Shown: positions 18,834-29,274, numbered from the stretch's first letter. The stretch is 64,000 bases of DNA from an uncultured Nitrososphaerota archaeon (GCA_964416155.1 CAYQCW010000005.1:64001-128000); one strand, 5' to 3'. Notes: generated by a model not told the origin, from the letters alone. Translations and numbers: made by a program.

Positions 18834-19521
18834 AGGCCTCTGACTCTTCAACCAGAGGTATAATCTCCTCGACGGAGAACCTTATGAATGAAGCAGGGTC
18901 AATCCTGCTGAAAATCGTTACGACAGCATCTCTCGTGATTCCAGCCACTAAACCGGTTTTTCTATGCGCGATCACGATGTACCATATGTTCCCGTGTTTC
19001 AGATATTCTGAGAACAGGCTAGTGTTAGCGAGTGAGGGCCCGTACAGGGAGAGCTTCTTAATGTTAGGTATGTCAACGTCGTCGAAGAAAACCACTTTAG
19101 CGGCATCGCTATTCGCATTATGATAGCTCAACATTACCTCCGGAGAAATCCTTGCCTCGACAATCCGGCCGCTTTTAAGAAATATCACTTGGCTGAACAT
19201 GTTGGCAACCATGTTTGCAATCGGCTTCTTCTCCAAAACTATGAGAAAGACTCTCCTCCTCCTGAAAACGAAGCTGAAAACCGAGTCGACTGTTTTAGCA
19301 ACTATCTCCGTCCTATCCCTCCTCCTGATCGTCAGAGGCACGTCCCTGCTAATAACCCCCTCCAGCATGTTTTGAGAAGCCTTCAACTCAGCTATCTCGG
19401 TCACTAGGCTCAAGTCAACCCCCTCCAGCGGGGTTTCAACCCTGTAGCCCTTAAGCCTCTGAGCAATATCGCTCTGAGGCAGGCGCTCGTCCAGCCTGAA
19501 TATCTTTCCCGCAGTAACCAT
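18823..19521 (-). CDS. Hypothetical protein
   Basis: 232-aa ORF with normal globular composition and GGAGG RBS; function not recognised. Confidence 0.7.
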   Translation of the reverse strand: MVTAGKIFRLDERLPQSDIAQRLKGYRVETPLEGVDLSLVTEIAELKASQNMLEGVISRDVPLTIRRRDRTEIVAKTVDSVFSFVFRRRRVFLIVLEKKPIANMVANMFSQVIFLKSGRIVEARISPEVMLSYHNANSDAAKVVFFDDVDIPNIKKLSLYGPSLANTSLFSEYLKHGNIWYIVIAHRKTGLVAGITRDAVVTIFSRIDPASFIRFSVEEIIPLVEESEASRP

Positions 19522-20142
19522 ACTCCTCCATAAAGCTAAACATCTGTTTTTAACCGTTTTTCCAACTCTTCCTGAACCCTCTACACGGCGGTTATCCCCC
19601 GGTCACCCAGAGCCAGAACTTATATTCGGGTATTTTCTACTGGCTTCCAAGGCTTTTAAAAAGTAGCTTCCCAATCTCCGAGTTTTTCATTTACTTCTCT
19701 CATACCTTTCTCTATGCATTCTCCCAGCGGCATCTTCCGGCGGAGCCCAAGCATCTTCACGAAATCCCTCCTAACTGACCAGTAGTCCCCTACCTTCTCC
19801 GTAGAGAACAGTGTTTCGCCTATGTTGCAAGCAATTTTGCTATTTCTTGGACTTCTTTCAGGTTGAGAATCTCACAAGGCTAAATCAACGCCCGGATTAC
19901 TCCACCAAGATATTTGTCCGTCTCCACATTACCCTTCTTCTCGAGCTCTTGATAGGTGCTCAGCATAATCTCCGATGCTTCTTTCGAATCTCCACATTAG
20001 CACATGCCAGGAAAAATAGATCATAACGACAAATAACCTCTAGCCTAACTCCTTATTCTAAATATTTTGCTTGCCCTCTCAGGACTCATTTTCAGTATTA
20101 CTGTCTCATCTTTGATTTCAATACACCATATTCGGGAACTCA

Positions 20143-20679
20143 TTAAGACCATGGTATGCCTTTTTTATCTCCTTCTGAGGATCTCATTGGTCTGATCATC
20201 CTTCTTAAAAATGATGAGACTAGCAATAAGATCCCGAAAGCAAGAATGGCAAGTAGATCAATGTATTCCGATTCCGAAATTCCCTGAGAATGCATTCTAA
20301 CTCCTAAAGACTGAACGGGGCTGAAGTTTAAAATAATAACGTAGATTCCTCTGTGAGCTATCCGAAGAACTGTGGAGAACGAGCCTTCATACGCACCCGT
20401 TTTAACTCTAGTTAGAGGCTGGTTCTGTAGGTAAGCGTTTATTTCTTCTGAAGTAGTCAGGAATATGAGGGTTGAATTAACATTTCTTGGGACATCGACG
20501 GAAAGAGAAATACTTGCTGCACGAGTGAAGATGAAAAAGCTTCTTGACTTAGTAACGCTTTCTGCACTTGCTTCTGAAAACATACATCCAGCAGAGATAT
20601 CGAGAAAAGGTTGGCGTGCAAGCATTAGTGCAAGAGATGTCAGGATTAGAAATAACCCGAGCCTTGATACAAAATTCAA
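20143..20679 (-). CDS. Membrane protein (N- and C-terminal TM, beta-rich extracellular part)
   Basis: Hydrophobic termini; GAGGTGA RBS before TTG; third gene of ABC operon. Confidence 0.7.
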   Translation of the reverse strand: MNFVSRLGLFLILTSLALMLARQPFLDISAGCMFSEASAESVTKSRSFFIFTRAASISLSVDVPRNVNSTLIFLTTSEEINAYLQNQPLTRVKTGAYEGSFSTVLRIAHRGIYVIILNFSPVQSLGVRMHSQGISESEYIDLLAILAFGILLLVSSFLRRMIRPMRSSEGDKKGIPWS

Positions 20680-20681
20680 CT

Positions 20682-21428
20682 TTATTTCACCTCATAAAAA
20701 CGGGTGAAATAGACGTAGGCGACTAATAGGAAACTAAGAGAAATAATGAAAGCAACTGTTAAATTTCCAGCCACTTCTGTTGGAACATAAAGAAACGCGG
20801 ATGTAGATATTGGCGGAATATTGTACAAGAAGGATCCCGGCTGGGGATTAGAGTATTTAAGTAAATTATCTAACGAGTAAAAGGTTAGGACATTTGACAA
20901 AATTGATATAATAATCTTATCTGAAATCGTTGAAATGAAGATATTTAGGGATATGATGAATATTATTTGAACCAGCATTGGGGGGCAAAGTGAGAACAGG
21001 GATGAAACAGATTCTATTAGCCAGCTTCCTCTAAAGTTATAAATAATCAGCATTAGAATGACGGTAAAGAAGTATATAATGCCGGCAAGAAATAAAGCTA
21101 TAAACTTACCTACAAATAGTTCTGTCCTACTTCTGGAGTATACGAGTTCTGTGTCCAGAATACCGGCTTCACGCTCGTATGCAAATATGGTTGCAGCCAC
21201 AACCCCCATAGTTACCCCCTGCACCATGAAGGTATAAAGAATTATTGAATGCAAAATATTTTGAACAAAACCGTAGACATACAGATGAGCACTTTCTGGA
21301 AGAACTATAATGCTTGGCAAGACCACCGTTCCATTAAAAATCATGCTGACAATCACGATCTCAGATATTGGGAACATTAAGAGCTTCTTCAATTCCCAGC
21401 GGATGCTTTCAAGATTCAAGTCAAGCAT
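20682..21428 (-). CDS. ABC-2 type exporter permease
   Basis: About six TM segments; EREAG...SRTELFVGKF loop. Confidence 0.88.
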   Translation of the reverse strand: MLDLNLESIRWELKKLLMFPISEIVIVSMIFNGTVVLPSIIVLPESAHLYVYGFVQNILHSIILYTFMVQGVTMGVVAATIFAYEREAGILDTELVYSRSRTELFVGKFIALFLAGIIYFFTVILMLIIYNFRGSWLIESVSSLFSLCPPMLVQIIFIISLNIFISTISDKIIISILSNVLTFYSLDNLLKYSNPQPGSFLYNIPPISTSAFLYVPTEVAGNLTVAFIISLSFLLVAYVYFTRFYEVK

Positions 21429-22131
21429 CCTTCATTACCCTTGCGTATGCGTTTGTTAAAGTACCGTCTGACGAAAAGTTTGCTACGAACTTTTCAAAGT
21501 TATCTTTAGCTATTATCCTGCCCCCTTTCATAACGATTATAAAATCACATATTTGTTCAAGATCCTCGAGAATATGAGTCGACACCACTATGGTCTTATT
21601 GTCATGTTTAATTTCCTTAACGAGCCTAACCATTTCAACCCTGCCAAGGGGATCAAGGTTTGTCGAGGGCTCATCTAGAAGGATGAGGCTTGGGTCTCCG
21701 ACTAAAGCTTGGATTAAACCCAACCTCTGAATCATGCCAGCAGAATAAGTGCCTATCTTCCTCGTGAGGAAACCGCCCTTAACGATTGGATGAGTAAGAA
21801 TATTTTGGTCGAATTCTACCCGTTTTAATCTAGACACATGCTTTAGATATTCTATCCCAGTAACCCATTTGGGGAAGGCACACCTCTCCCTTAGATAGCC
21901 TATCTGCGAGCAAACCTGGCCGTGACTGCGGAACGGATCCTTGCCGAACACCAGGATTTTTCCAGACGATGGCTTTTGAAGACCAAGCATTATTCTTATA
22001 AAGGTTGTTTTTCCAGAGCCGTTTGGCCCTATTAAACCGTAAACGCCGTTATTAAAAGAAACGCTTACTCCATCAAGGGCAATTATACTCCGGAACCTTT
22101 TGGAAACATTCATCGCTTCCACAGCATTCAT
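21421..22131 (-). CDS. ABC exporter ATP-binding protein
   Basis: GPNGSGKT, YSAGM, LILLDEP, STH. Confidence 0.95.
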   Translation of the reverse strand: MNAVEAMNVSKRFRSIIALDGVSVSFNNGVYGLIGPNGSGKTTFIRIMLGLQKPSSGKILVFGKDPFRSHGQVCSQIGYLRERCAFPKWVTGIEYLKHVSRLKRVEFDQNILTHPIVKGGFLTRKIGTYSAGMIQRLGLIQALVGDPSLILLDEPSTNLDPLGRVEMVRLVKEIKHDNKTIVVSTHILEDLEQICDFIIVMKGGRIIAKDNFEKFVANFSSDGTLTNAYARVMKDA

Positions 22132-22239
22132 AACTTTTGAGAATAAGATTTTATTCTTATACTTAAAAATTATGGTTATGGTTTTTATTTTCGAAAGTAA
22201 AGTTTAAATTATGCGCGCGCTCACTAATATACATATTAT

Positions 22240-22596
22240 ATGACATATGAAAAGAAAATAGTGTGTATCTTGATACTCCTAGTCATCCTCTCATCGATTC
22301 TCACTGTGTCTGCTCAAAAGACTTGGGACTATGACTATCAGAAGGGTCAAACTCCTTTATTTTCTTGGGAAGCATACGCCTACGTCGAAGCTTGGTACGT
22401 ACATCTTGTTGGCTATTTCTCCTTCGTACATAGTGGTTGGGGTAAAGCTTCTTTAGAATATACTTATGATATTTTCGGGTGGCCTGGTAATGATGGTTTT
22501 GATCCACAAGGAGGATATACAGTCACCCGTGTCTTTGTGCGTGGACTTTACGTTGGGCATGCATTTGCAGGAATTGGCATATATAGTGGGCCCTGA
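22240..22596 (+). CDS. Small secreted Trp/Tyr/Gly-rich protein
   Basis: Sec-type signal peptide (KK, hydrophobic core, VSA cleavage site); 93-aa aromatic-rich mature part. Confidence 0.72.
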   Translation: MTYEKKIVCILILLVILSSILTVSAQKTWDYDYQKGQTPLFSWEAYAYVEAWYVHLVGYFSFVHSGWGKASLEYTYDIFGWPGNDGFDPQGGYTVTRVFVRGLYVGHAFAGIGIYSGP

Positions 22597-22621
22597 GACT
22601 TCGGAGAAACGAAAGAGCAGT

Positions 22622-23560
22622 ATGGCGAAGAACCCTTTATTTCTACTCCTTATTTTGATTTTTATCCAACCCGTTAGCATCCAGCTTAGACCTGAGCCTG
22701 GGTGGCTTAAGCCAGGGTTCTACGTAGAGTATTTCGTTGAATCTACGCGGCCCGGCATCTGGCTGGTTCCGAATTCCAACCTTTATAACTCATCCTTAAT
22801 CAACGGACAGTATCCTCGTCTTCTCTGCAATGGTACTTATAGATTTGAACTCATAACGATGAACAATACTTTTGCACGTTTTAACGTTAGCCTTGATCTC
22901 AATGCGTGGGTGCCAAGTAAATCAATGATAATGCCTGGAGAGAAAATAGACTGGGTGGGTTTTAAGCTGCTTCAAAAATCTTTTATGTGCGACGTGGATT
23001 TTGAAACTTTCATCACCTATAGGGAGGGAAGAATACTCGGCATCTTCCCCCTCTGGAGAGGTTTTAAGGCGTCTTCCGGCAAGGTTCCTCTCCTTATAAA
23101 TTTCTTCGGGAGAAAGGTTGAGGCGAACTATACTTTGTTAGAGAAATTTATTTCCTACGAGACTCCTCTTGGAACCTTTAGATACGTATTTGCAGTTCAT
23201 GCCTTCATTGAAACACTGGATCTCCCATATGTTGCCACGCCTTCCGGTATCTTCATCCTTTCACCGAACAGCATATATGACCGTGATACTCTCCTCTTAA
23301 TCTGCGGCAGAGGATACATGGATGACATATTATTTGATAATGGCATATTATGTTTCGAAGAGATGAACATTAGAGAAACCACATTAGAGTTCCCCCAGTT
23401 AGAGGAACACGGTTTCGAGCTTCAGGGCGGACAAATCTTTTTAGGGCTTTTATTAGCAGGGCTTGCCTTACCTTTACTTTACAAGCTTTTCAAAAGAATT
23501 AGAATCACGCGTAATTTAAGATTTATATTGGTTGTATGCCTTCAATTATATTCTATATAG
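22622..23560 (+). CDS. Secreted protein with C-terminal membrane anchor
   Basis: Signal peptide from ATG 22622 (MAKNPLFLLLILIF), several N-x-S/T sequons, C-terminal TM followed by basic residues. Confidence 0.72.
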   Translation: MAKNPLFLLLILIFIQPVSIQLRPEPGWLKPGFYVEYFVESTRPGIWLVPNSNLYNSSLINGQYPRLLCNGTYRFELITMNNTFARFNVSLDLNAWVPSKSMIMPGEKIDWVGFKLLQKSFMCDVDFETFITYREGRILGIFPLWRGFKASSGKVPLLINFFGRKVEANYTLLEKFISYETPLGTFRYVFAVHAFIETLDLPYVATPSGIFILSPNSIYDRDTLLLICGRGYMDDILFDNGILCFEEMNIRETTLEFPQLEEHGFELQGGQIFLGLLLAGLALPLLYKLFKRIRITRNLRFILVVCLQLYSI

Positions 23561-23635
23561 GGCTAGAGCATGCTTTACCGTGTAAGCTCTTTGCTTTTCT
23601 ACGAGAAACAGAGGAGTCCAGTTATTTCAACATGC

Positions 23636-25423
23636 TCAGTGCTCAACACTTGGCTTAACCTCCAGTATCCTAGACTCGTCCTGAACCTTTTGAACAACTA
23701 TAACGTGAGCATCCCTAACCGGAGGCGGAGTCCCGGGAGTAATACACAGATATGCAACCCCGGGATTCTTCTCAACAACATCTGACAATATTTTGAAAAA
23801 TTTATTTCTATTAATGGGATCCATATGCACATCCAATTCATCAATTCCTCTTATACTTGACTTGACTAGTGATTGGAGGGCCATTAGGAATGATACTACT
23901 GTCGCGCTTCTCTCCCCGCCGCTCTGAGTGTACGCGTTGAACTCGGTTAGGGTGCTGCCTCCGAAGCTCACGAAGATCATCAGGCCAGCGTTTTCAATGT
24001 CCTCGAGGTTTGCCAGTCTTAACTCGCCTATGCCGCCCATCACCTCTATGTTTCTCATGAAGCTCTCGTTGACCCTGCTTATTGTTTCAACGATCTTCTT
24101 CCTCCATATTTCTATCCTGTCTTTAAGCTCGTTTTCAGCAGCCCTCCTGTTCTCAACAATCACCTTAACCTTCTGCTCAAGGTCGCTGTAAACGTTAAGA
24201 TAGTTCTTGTAGAGCTCTTCAGCGTTCTCGCTGACTGTGCCGAGCGATGCTATTTGAATAATGTAATCGTTAATCCTCTTCTCCAAGACGTCGGGGGGCT
24301 CAACCTCCTTGGGCGCCTCGCCTTCAAGCTGCTCCCTGGCTTCCCTAACCCTGTCTTCAACAGTCTTGATCTTCTCCTGGATTCTGCGGCGCTCCCTGTC
24401 AAGCTCCCTAATCCTGTATTTCAAGACTTCAGCCTTAACGTTAAGCTTCACGTAGCTTCTTATCAGCCTGGTTATCTCCTCGTCCAGCTTGCTGTACTCG
24501 TCGATGAGGCTGTCGTCAAACCCTTTTTCAGATGCTTTGAAGAAAACTCTTTTAAGCTTCATCCTCGCCTTGTTAAGCCTGCCCCAAACCTTCTCATACT
24601 TCTCCACAGTCTTAGAGACTATCCGGTTGCCCTCAGCCATCCTAGCCTCAAGCTTGGAAACGTTCTCCACGAGCCTAGTCTTCTCAGCGTTAAGCTGGTT
24701 GTATATGCTCCATTTGAGAAGCCTGTTCAACTCAGCGTGGAGGGTTTGAAGCTCCCTCTTCCTAACAAGCTTCTCGTACTCGGCCCTCCACATTCCAAGC
24801 GTCTCGCGAGCCTCGTTTAAAAGGGCCTCTACAGACTTCTCCTCGCTGACAATCCTGCCTAGCCTCTCCTGCGAAGCCTTAATGTTCTCCCTTAGCCCAG
24901 ACAGGCCGACAGCACCCTCGACAAGCCTGAGCTTCTCAGAAGGGTCGAGCGTGGCGAACTCTTCAATCATGTACTGGTGCATTATTATCAGCATGTTGGA
25001 AGGGTCTATGCCGAATAGGGAGAGGATCTCGTCAATCTCCATCTTTGTAGCAGGATTGTAGTTGATCTGGCTCCAGTACTCGCCGTCCCTCCTCAGGTAC
25101 CTGGTTATCACAAGCTCGTCGGACCTTATGAATGAAACAGGTCTTTTACCATCCTGCCCAGGAGAATTGTCGAAGACCAGCGTCACCCTAGCAATATCCT
25201 CCCCGTTTCTAATCAGGTCGCTGAGCTTCTCAGCCCTGCCGCTCCTAGACTGGCCGAGGCCCACGGAAACCCCAAGCAGGATCGAGGACTTCCCGGACCC
25301 GTTTGGGCCTAGAATAAGGTTAAGCTTGGGGTGAACAGGTGTCCTAGCGTACTTGTAGCTCATAAAATTCTCTAAAATCACTTCTTTCAATCGAAGACCT
25401 TTTTCTTGCTCCGTCGCCTCCAC
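23636..25423 (-). CDS. Short SMC-family ATPase, coalescin (ClsN)/Smc5-6-related
   Basis: 595 aa; ENFMSY, GPNGSGKS, signature QSGGERS, Walker B/D-loop GIDELDVHMDPINR; coiled coil without globular hinge or CxxC hook. Confidence 0.85.
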   Translation of the reverse strand: MEATEQEKGLRLKEVILENFMSYKYARTPVHPKLNLILGPNGSGKSSILLGVSVGLGQSRSGRAEKLSDLIRNGEDIARVTLVFDNSPGQDGKRPVSFIRSDELVITRYLRRDGEYWSQINYNPATKMEIDEILSLFGIDPSNMLIIMHQYMIEEFATLDPSEKLRLVEGAVGLSGLRENIKASQERLGRIVSEEKSVEALLNEARETLGMWRAEYEKLVRKRELQTLHAELNRLLKWSIYNQLNAEKTRLVENVSKLEARMAEGNRIVSKTVEKYEKVWGRLNKARMKLKRVFFKASEKGFDDSLIDEYSKLDEEITRLIRSYVKLNVKAEVLKYRIRELDRERRRIQEKIKTVEDRVREAREQLEGEAPKEVEPPDVLEKRINDYIIQIASLGTVSENAEELYKNYLNVYSDLEQKVKVIVENRRAAENELKDRIEIWRKKIVETISRVNESFMRNIEVMGGIGELRLANLEDIENAGLMIFVSFGGSTLTEFNAYTQSGGERSATVVSFLMALQSLVKSSIRGIDELDVHMDPINRNKFFKILSDVVEKNPGVAYLCITPGTPPPVRDAHVIVVQKVQDESRILEVKPSVEH

Positions 25424-25787
25424 TGGTGTTAGGAGTTTTCAAGGACTTAGATAAGGGTTTTTGCGCTGCCTCCACCGGTTAAACGCTTGGATTCTGCGTG
25501 TTTGAAAAGCTACTGTGGCTGGAGAATGGGCGCGCTTTCCCGTCCTTGGGTTAAAAACGCTATTCTTGGAGCTTAACGCGTTTTCCCAACGTTTAGCCGG
25601 CGACTTTCTTCCGTTAAGATTTATAAAAGAGTTTTCCTGAAGGTTAGCAGGGGGTATGGCTGAGGCTAAGGTTTCCAAGCTTTACGAGCTTATACTCGTG
25701 TATATGAAAACAAGAATATGGTGGACAGGGAGATAAGCATGTTGATGAGGGAGGGGCTGAATAGGGAAGGGGCTATAAACAAACTCT

Positions 25788-26057
25788 ATGAGTGACAAAG
25801 GTGAAAAGGCTCCTCCCGCAATTCAGCCGCAATACAAGTATGATGGGGAATTCTGGGGCATATACTATCTTCCAATAAGCAGCTTTGAGGAGGAGCTGCC
25901 GAAACTCGGCGAAACCTTGGACTACATGGAGGAGAACCATGGCGAGGTGATAACGGTTATTCCAAACATGGGCATAACGCCGACGAGCATCCTGCTAGGG
26001 ACTTCTTTCCAAGGCGTCAAGAGATTTAGCATAGTATATAGGAAGCGGAAGCCATGA
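25788..26057 (+). CDS. Small hypothetical protein
   Basis: 89-aa ORF with plausible composition. Confidence 0.55.
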   Translation: MSDKGEKAPPAIQPQYKYDGEFWGIYYLPISSFEEELPKLGETLDYMEENHGEVITVIPNMGITPTSILLGTSFQGVKRFSIVYRKRKP

Positions 26058-26176
26058 GCCTCCATTAAACGTATTCGATGCTCTTGTTATTGTCCTCGTG
26101 ATGCTAAGTCTCATACTGGCTGTAAACCAATGTTAATCATGGTTGGGAAACAGCTTTCTGAAAAACGGGTTTTCAA

Positions 26177-27022
26177 CTATGTTTTTATCGTGTACTCGCA
26201 GTATGGGTCTCCTTTCGCTATGCATTTTGTTTCGACGGCTTTCACCTCTTTCTCGAATATGCTTGTTAAGAATCCTGCTAGGACGCCTCTGGTGAAGTGC
26301 CCGTAGGGTGTTTCACTATCCTTGCCGGTTTCACACTCGAAGCTTTGATATACACGTATCTCTGCTTCTCCTTTTTCAACGTTTAACCTCACAATATCAA
26401 TTATCCCCCAGCCGGATGTTCTAAAATAGGCCTTACTGAGCCCGACTAGTGTCTCAGGATCCTCTATGCGGGTGTCCTCCCTATAGGCTTGGCATGTTCT
26501 ACACCCTACGGCAAAGCCTTGATAATAGAGCATTGCTTCCCCTGCTGTTCCAAACTTCTCCCTTATCCCTTTGAAAAGGGATTCGTAGACCCTCCTCCTG
26601 AATATTACAGCCCTCTTCTTTCCAAAGACGAGCGGGAAGAAATAATTGTCGAAAAGTAATCCTTCGTAATTCGGTACTATGAGGTGGGCGCTTCTTACGA
26701 AAGGCTGTTTCCTGACAAGTCTCAAAGCCTCCTGAGGAGTAACACTTGTGTCCGAGAAATCTAGGAAAACAATCGCCTTAGCAAGACTATCGTGTGGCTC
26801 AACATTGGAAAATTGGATAAACCTTATTACGATTCCTGCTTGCTCAGCAACCTCGGCAAGTCTCCTGATAACACCTTTCTCAACAATGGTCTCCAGAACA
26901 ACACCATACCATCTCTGACCCGCGTCAAGAATCACCATCCTCCCCAAGTTTAAAGGGTTAAAGTATTCACCTGGCTGCGGCTGATACGTGAGCTCTTCCC
27001 CTACAACTTTACACTCCTCCAT
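26177..27022 (-). CDS. ACT-like plus V4R ligand-binding domain protein
   Basis: GWG, SFEC, RGVLAG, ETKCIAKGDPYCEY V4R motifs. Confidence 0.88.
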   Translation of the reverse strand: MEECKVVGEELTYQPQPGEYFNPLNLGRMVILDAGQRWYGVVLETIVEKGVIRRLAEVAEQAGIVIRFIQFSNVEPHDSLAKAIVFLDFSDTSVTPQEALRLVRKQPFVRSAHLIVPNYEGLLFDNYFFPLVFGKKRAVIFRRRVYESLFKGIREKFGTAGEAMLYYQGFAVGCRTCQAYREDTRIEDPETLVGLSKAYFRTSGWGIIDIVRLNVEKGEAEIRVYQSFECETGKDSETPYGHFTRGVLAGFLTSIFEKEVKAVETKCIAKGDPYCEYTIKT

Positions 27023-27405
27023 TATTCTTATCCTCCGGGTAGACGATTTCGTCAGTGTTAATTAAAGAAATGTTAAAGCAAAAGTTTACACACTGTAACG
27101 CGCACTAATCTTATAATGGCGAAATCATGGGGAAAACTCGTTTCTTAGCCATTAAAAGGGTTGGTTCGTTTATCGTCTAATTCTACATCGCCTTGAATGA
27201 TGGCGAATTTTCAACGAAAGCATGAAAAGATGGTTAAAGGCAAAATCTTAGAAAAACATCTTAAATAATATGTTCGCCACAGGGAGATTAAACAGGCTTG
27301 TCGCATAGGTCCAGATGTTGATTAGGAATGATAATTGGTCTTAGAATTAACACTTATATCCCTTCTTTTAGTTGTCTCAGTGCTCCGGAAAGCGGGTTGA
27401 AATGA

Positions 27406-28119
27406 ATGTCGTCAAGCAGATACGCTGAGCTGATCGAGAGAATTACCCGTCTGTGCGATGAGGTTATTGAGAAGAATATTGATCCTTTCGTCGTCGATGT
27501 TAAGGAGAGTCTAAGGAGGCTCAGAGAGGGCTTGTCTGAGATGGATGAGAAGACCCTGGTTATGAACATGGCTGCGCTGCTTAAAATAATCTATGTTATT
27601 GCCCTCCAGCAGGAGGATGTTAAGAAGAAGGCTAGCAGACTATACTTGGACCCGTTTCTAATGGAGGTTAGGCTCATGGGCCTGGACAGGGAGAGGCTTT
27701 CAGAATCGTTCCTAAAGGCTTTCAGGCCTGTCGCTGAGAACGAGCAGGCCACCCTGGGGTGCATGCGTTTAGCCTACGGCTACTGGGTTAACCTCAGGGA
27801 ATACAGCCTGCCCGGAGTCGGAGTGGCTCCTGAGGCGGGGACGCTTAACGCGCTTGCCGAAATCCTTCCGATGGAGGAGGCTAACTTAGAGAGGGAGATG
27901 GAAAAGCTTCTCAGCGAGATTGGACGCGGAATGATCGACTATTATGATTTCGTGGGTAGAGAGGGTGAGGACAGGAAGGTATTTAGAGCACTAGTGTTGA
28001 GCTTTCTCATGATGAGGGGCCTAGTGGGGGTTGTTCAGGATCCTTTGAAGAACAGGGTCTGGATATTCAGGTCGAGCCCTAAAAACATTGGCAAGCATTC
28101 TGTGGCCCTGCCAGTCTAG
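27406..28119 (+). CDS. Divergent kleisin (ScpA-like)
   Basis: N-terminal NIDPFVVDVKESL (compare VNPWDIKI of scpA here); C-terminal winged helix FRALVLSFLMMRGLVGVVQD. Confidence 0.68.
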   Translation: MSSSRYAELIERITRLCDEVIEKNIDPFVVDVKESLRRLREGLSEMDEKTLVMNMAALLKIIYVIALQQEDVKKKASRLYLDPFLMEVRLMGLDRERLSESFLKAFRPVAENEQATLGCMRLAYGYWVNLREYSLPGVGVAPEAGTLNALAEILPMEEANLEREMEKLLSEIGRGMIDYYDFVGREGEDRKVFRALVLSFLMMRGLVGVVQDPLKNRVWIFRSSPKNIGKHSVALPV

Positions 28120-28132
28120 GAAGTGTTAAAGG

Positions 28133-28684
28133 TTGGAGCAGGAGGAGAGGATTAGGAGCAGGGTTGCGCGGGCCGTCCAACTATTGTTCTTCAAAAGCCA
28201 TAGGATTCCAGGCGTCAAGGGCTGGGAGCTAAAGAAGAACCTTGGGCCAGGCTACCTCTCAATAATCAAGTTTCTAAACACGCGCCTCCAGGACCTGGGA
28301 CTCACGATAAAGATTGTTTCAGACGACGGTAGGGAGCTCAGCATGACCGAGGATGAGAGCAGGCTTTCAACGGCAAGGTTCTACGTGACGCTTAGGGATG
28401 AGCTCAGCCTGACTGCAGCAAAAACCATGGGCTGGTCTATAGACGAGATAGCCGGCTTGGCTGTAGTGATATCTACAATAATCTCTAGAAAGGGCTCAGC
28501 TCCGGTTAAAGAGGTTGAGGAGATCCTTAGGAAAAAGTTTCCCGAGTGGCGGGTCAGGCTGAACCTCTCAAGGTACATTAAAAGAGGCTATATTGCTGAG
28601 GATGGGAGCAACCTTGTGTTAGGCTGGAGGACTTTTGCTGAGCTTGACGTTGAGAAATTTGTGCATTACATTTTAAGCGCTTGA
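28133..28684 (+). CDS. Tandem winged-helix (kite-like, ScpB/Nse1-3 class) protein
   Basis: 183 aa, two wHTH-like halves (GVKGWELKKNLG; LSRYIKRGYI...LGWR); follows the kleisin-like gene. Confidence 0.6.
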   Translation: MEQEERIRSRVARAVQLLFFKSHRIPGVKGWELKKNLGPGYLSIIKFLNTRLQDLGLTIKIVSDDGRELSMTEDESRLSTARFYVTLRDELSLTAAKTMGWSIDEIAGLAVVISTIISRKGSAPVKEVEEILRKKFPEWRVRLNLSRYIKRGYIAEDGSNLVLGWRTFAELDVEKFVHYILSA

Positions 28685-28908
28685 CACCGTGTGTTTGTCA
28701 AAAGCCTGTTGCAAGCAGTGGGCGAAAGAATGCTTGAAAAGCATTCGGGCTGGTGACAGTTGCTTTACGTTGCGGCTGAAACTTGAATGCCAGTTTGGTT
28801 GAGGAGGAAAAATTGAGAGGCCTTGAGCTTGACGAAGAAAACACACGCGAATAATAATGAGATATGTGCGTTAAAAAGCTAAATAGTTTAGCATAATCTG
28901 TATGCGCC

Positions 28909-28995
28909 TTGATAAGAGTAGGTGTAGTGGGAGCAGGGGGCATATTTAAGAAGTTACACCTGCCGTATTACCGGTCGTCGAAAAAGGCTAGGTAA
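28909..28995 (+). pseudogene. 5' remnant of Gfo/Idh/MocA-type oxidoreductase
   Basis: MIRVGVVGAGGIFKKLHLPYY Rossmann start ends in TAA after 28 codons. Confidence 0.65.
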
Positions 28996-29274
28996 TATGC
29001 ACGATATGAGCGAGGCGGTCAGCTATGTTCCTGAGATGCCTGACGATGACACCTGTCAAACTAGCGCGCGCTTCCGTCCTTGGGGCATTGAAGAACGTAG
29101 GCTTCACAGGATGGGTAATACTGGAAATCCAGCCGACGGACAATCCTCTGGTAGCCTGCAGGATGAGCTTGGAGTTTCTGCGCAGACTACTCTGAAAATC
29201 TGATTAGGGAGGATAGACTGATTTAAGCATAAATTTATATCGACAGAAAATTCATAAAATATTGGTGTTCAAGT

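Noticed and set aside
23636-28684. Wadjet/Lamassu-type defence system or Rad50-Mre11
   Set aside because: No JetD/Toprim nuclease, effector or Mre11 adjacent; no zinc hook; size and motifs fit the ClsN type better.
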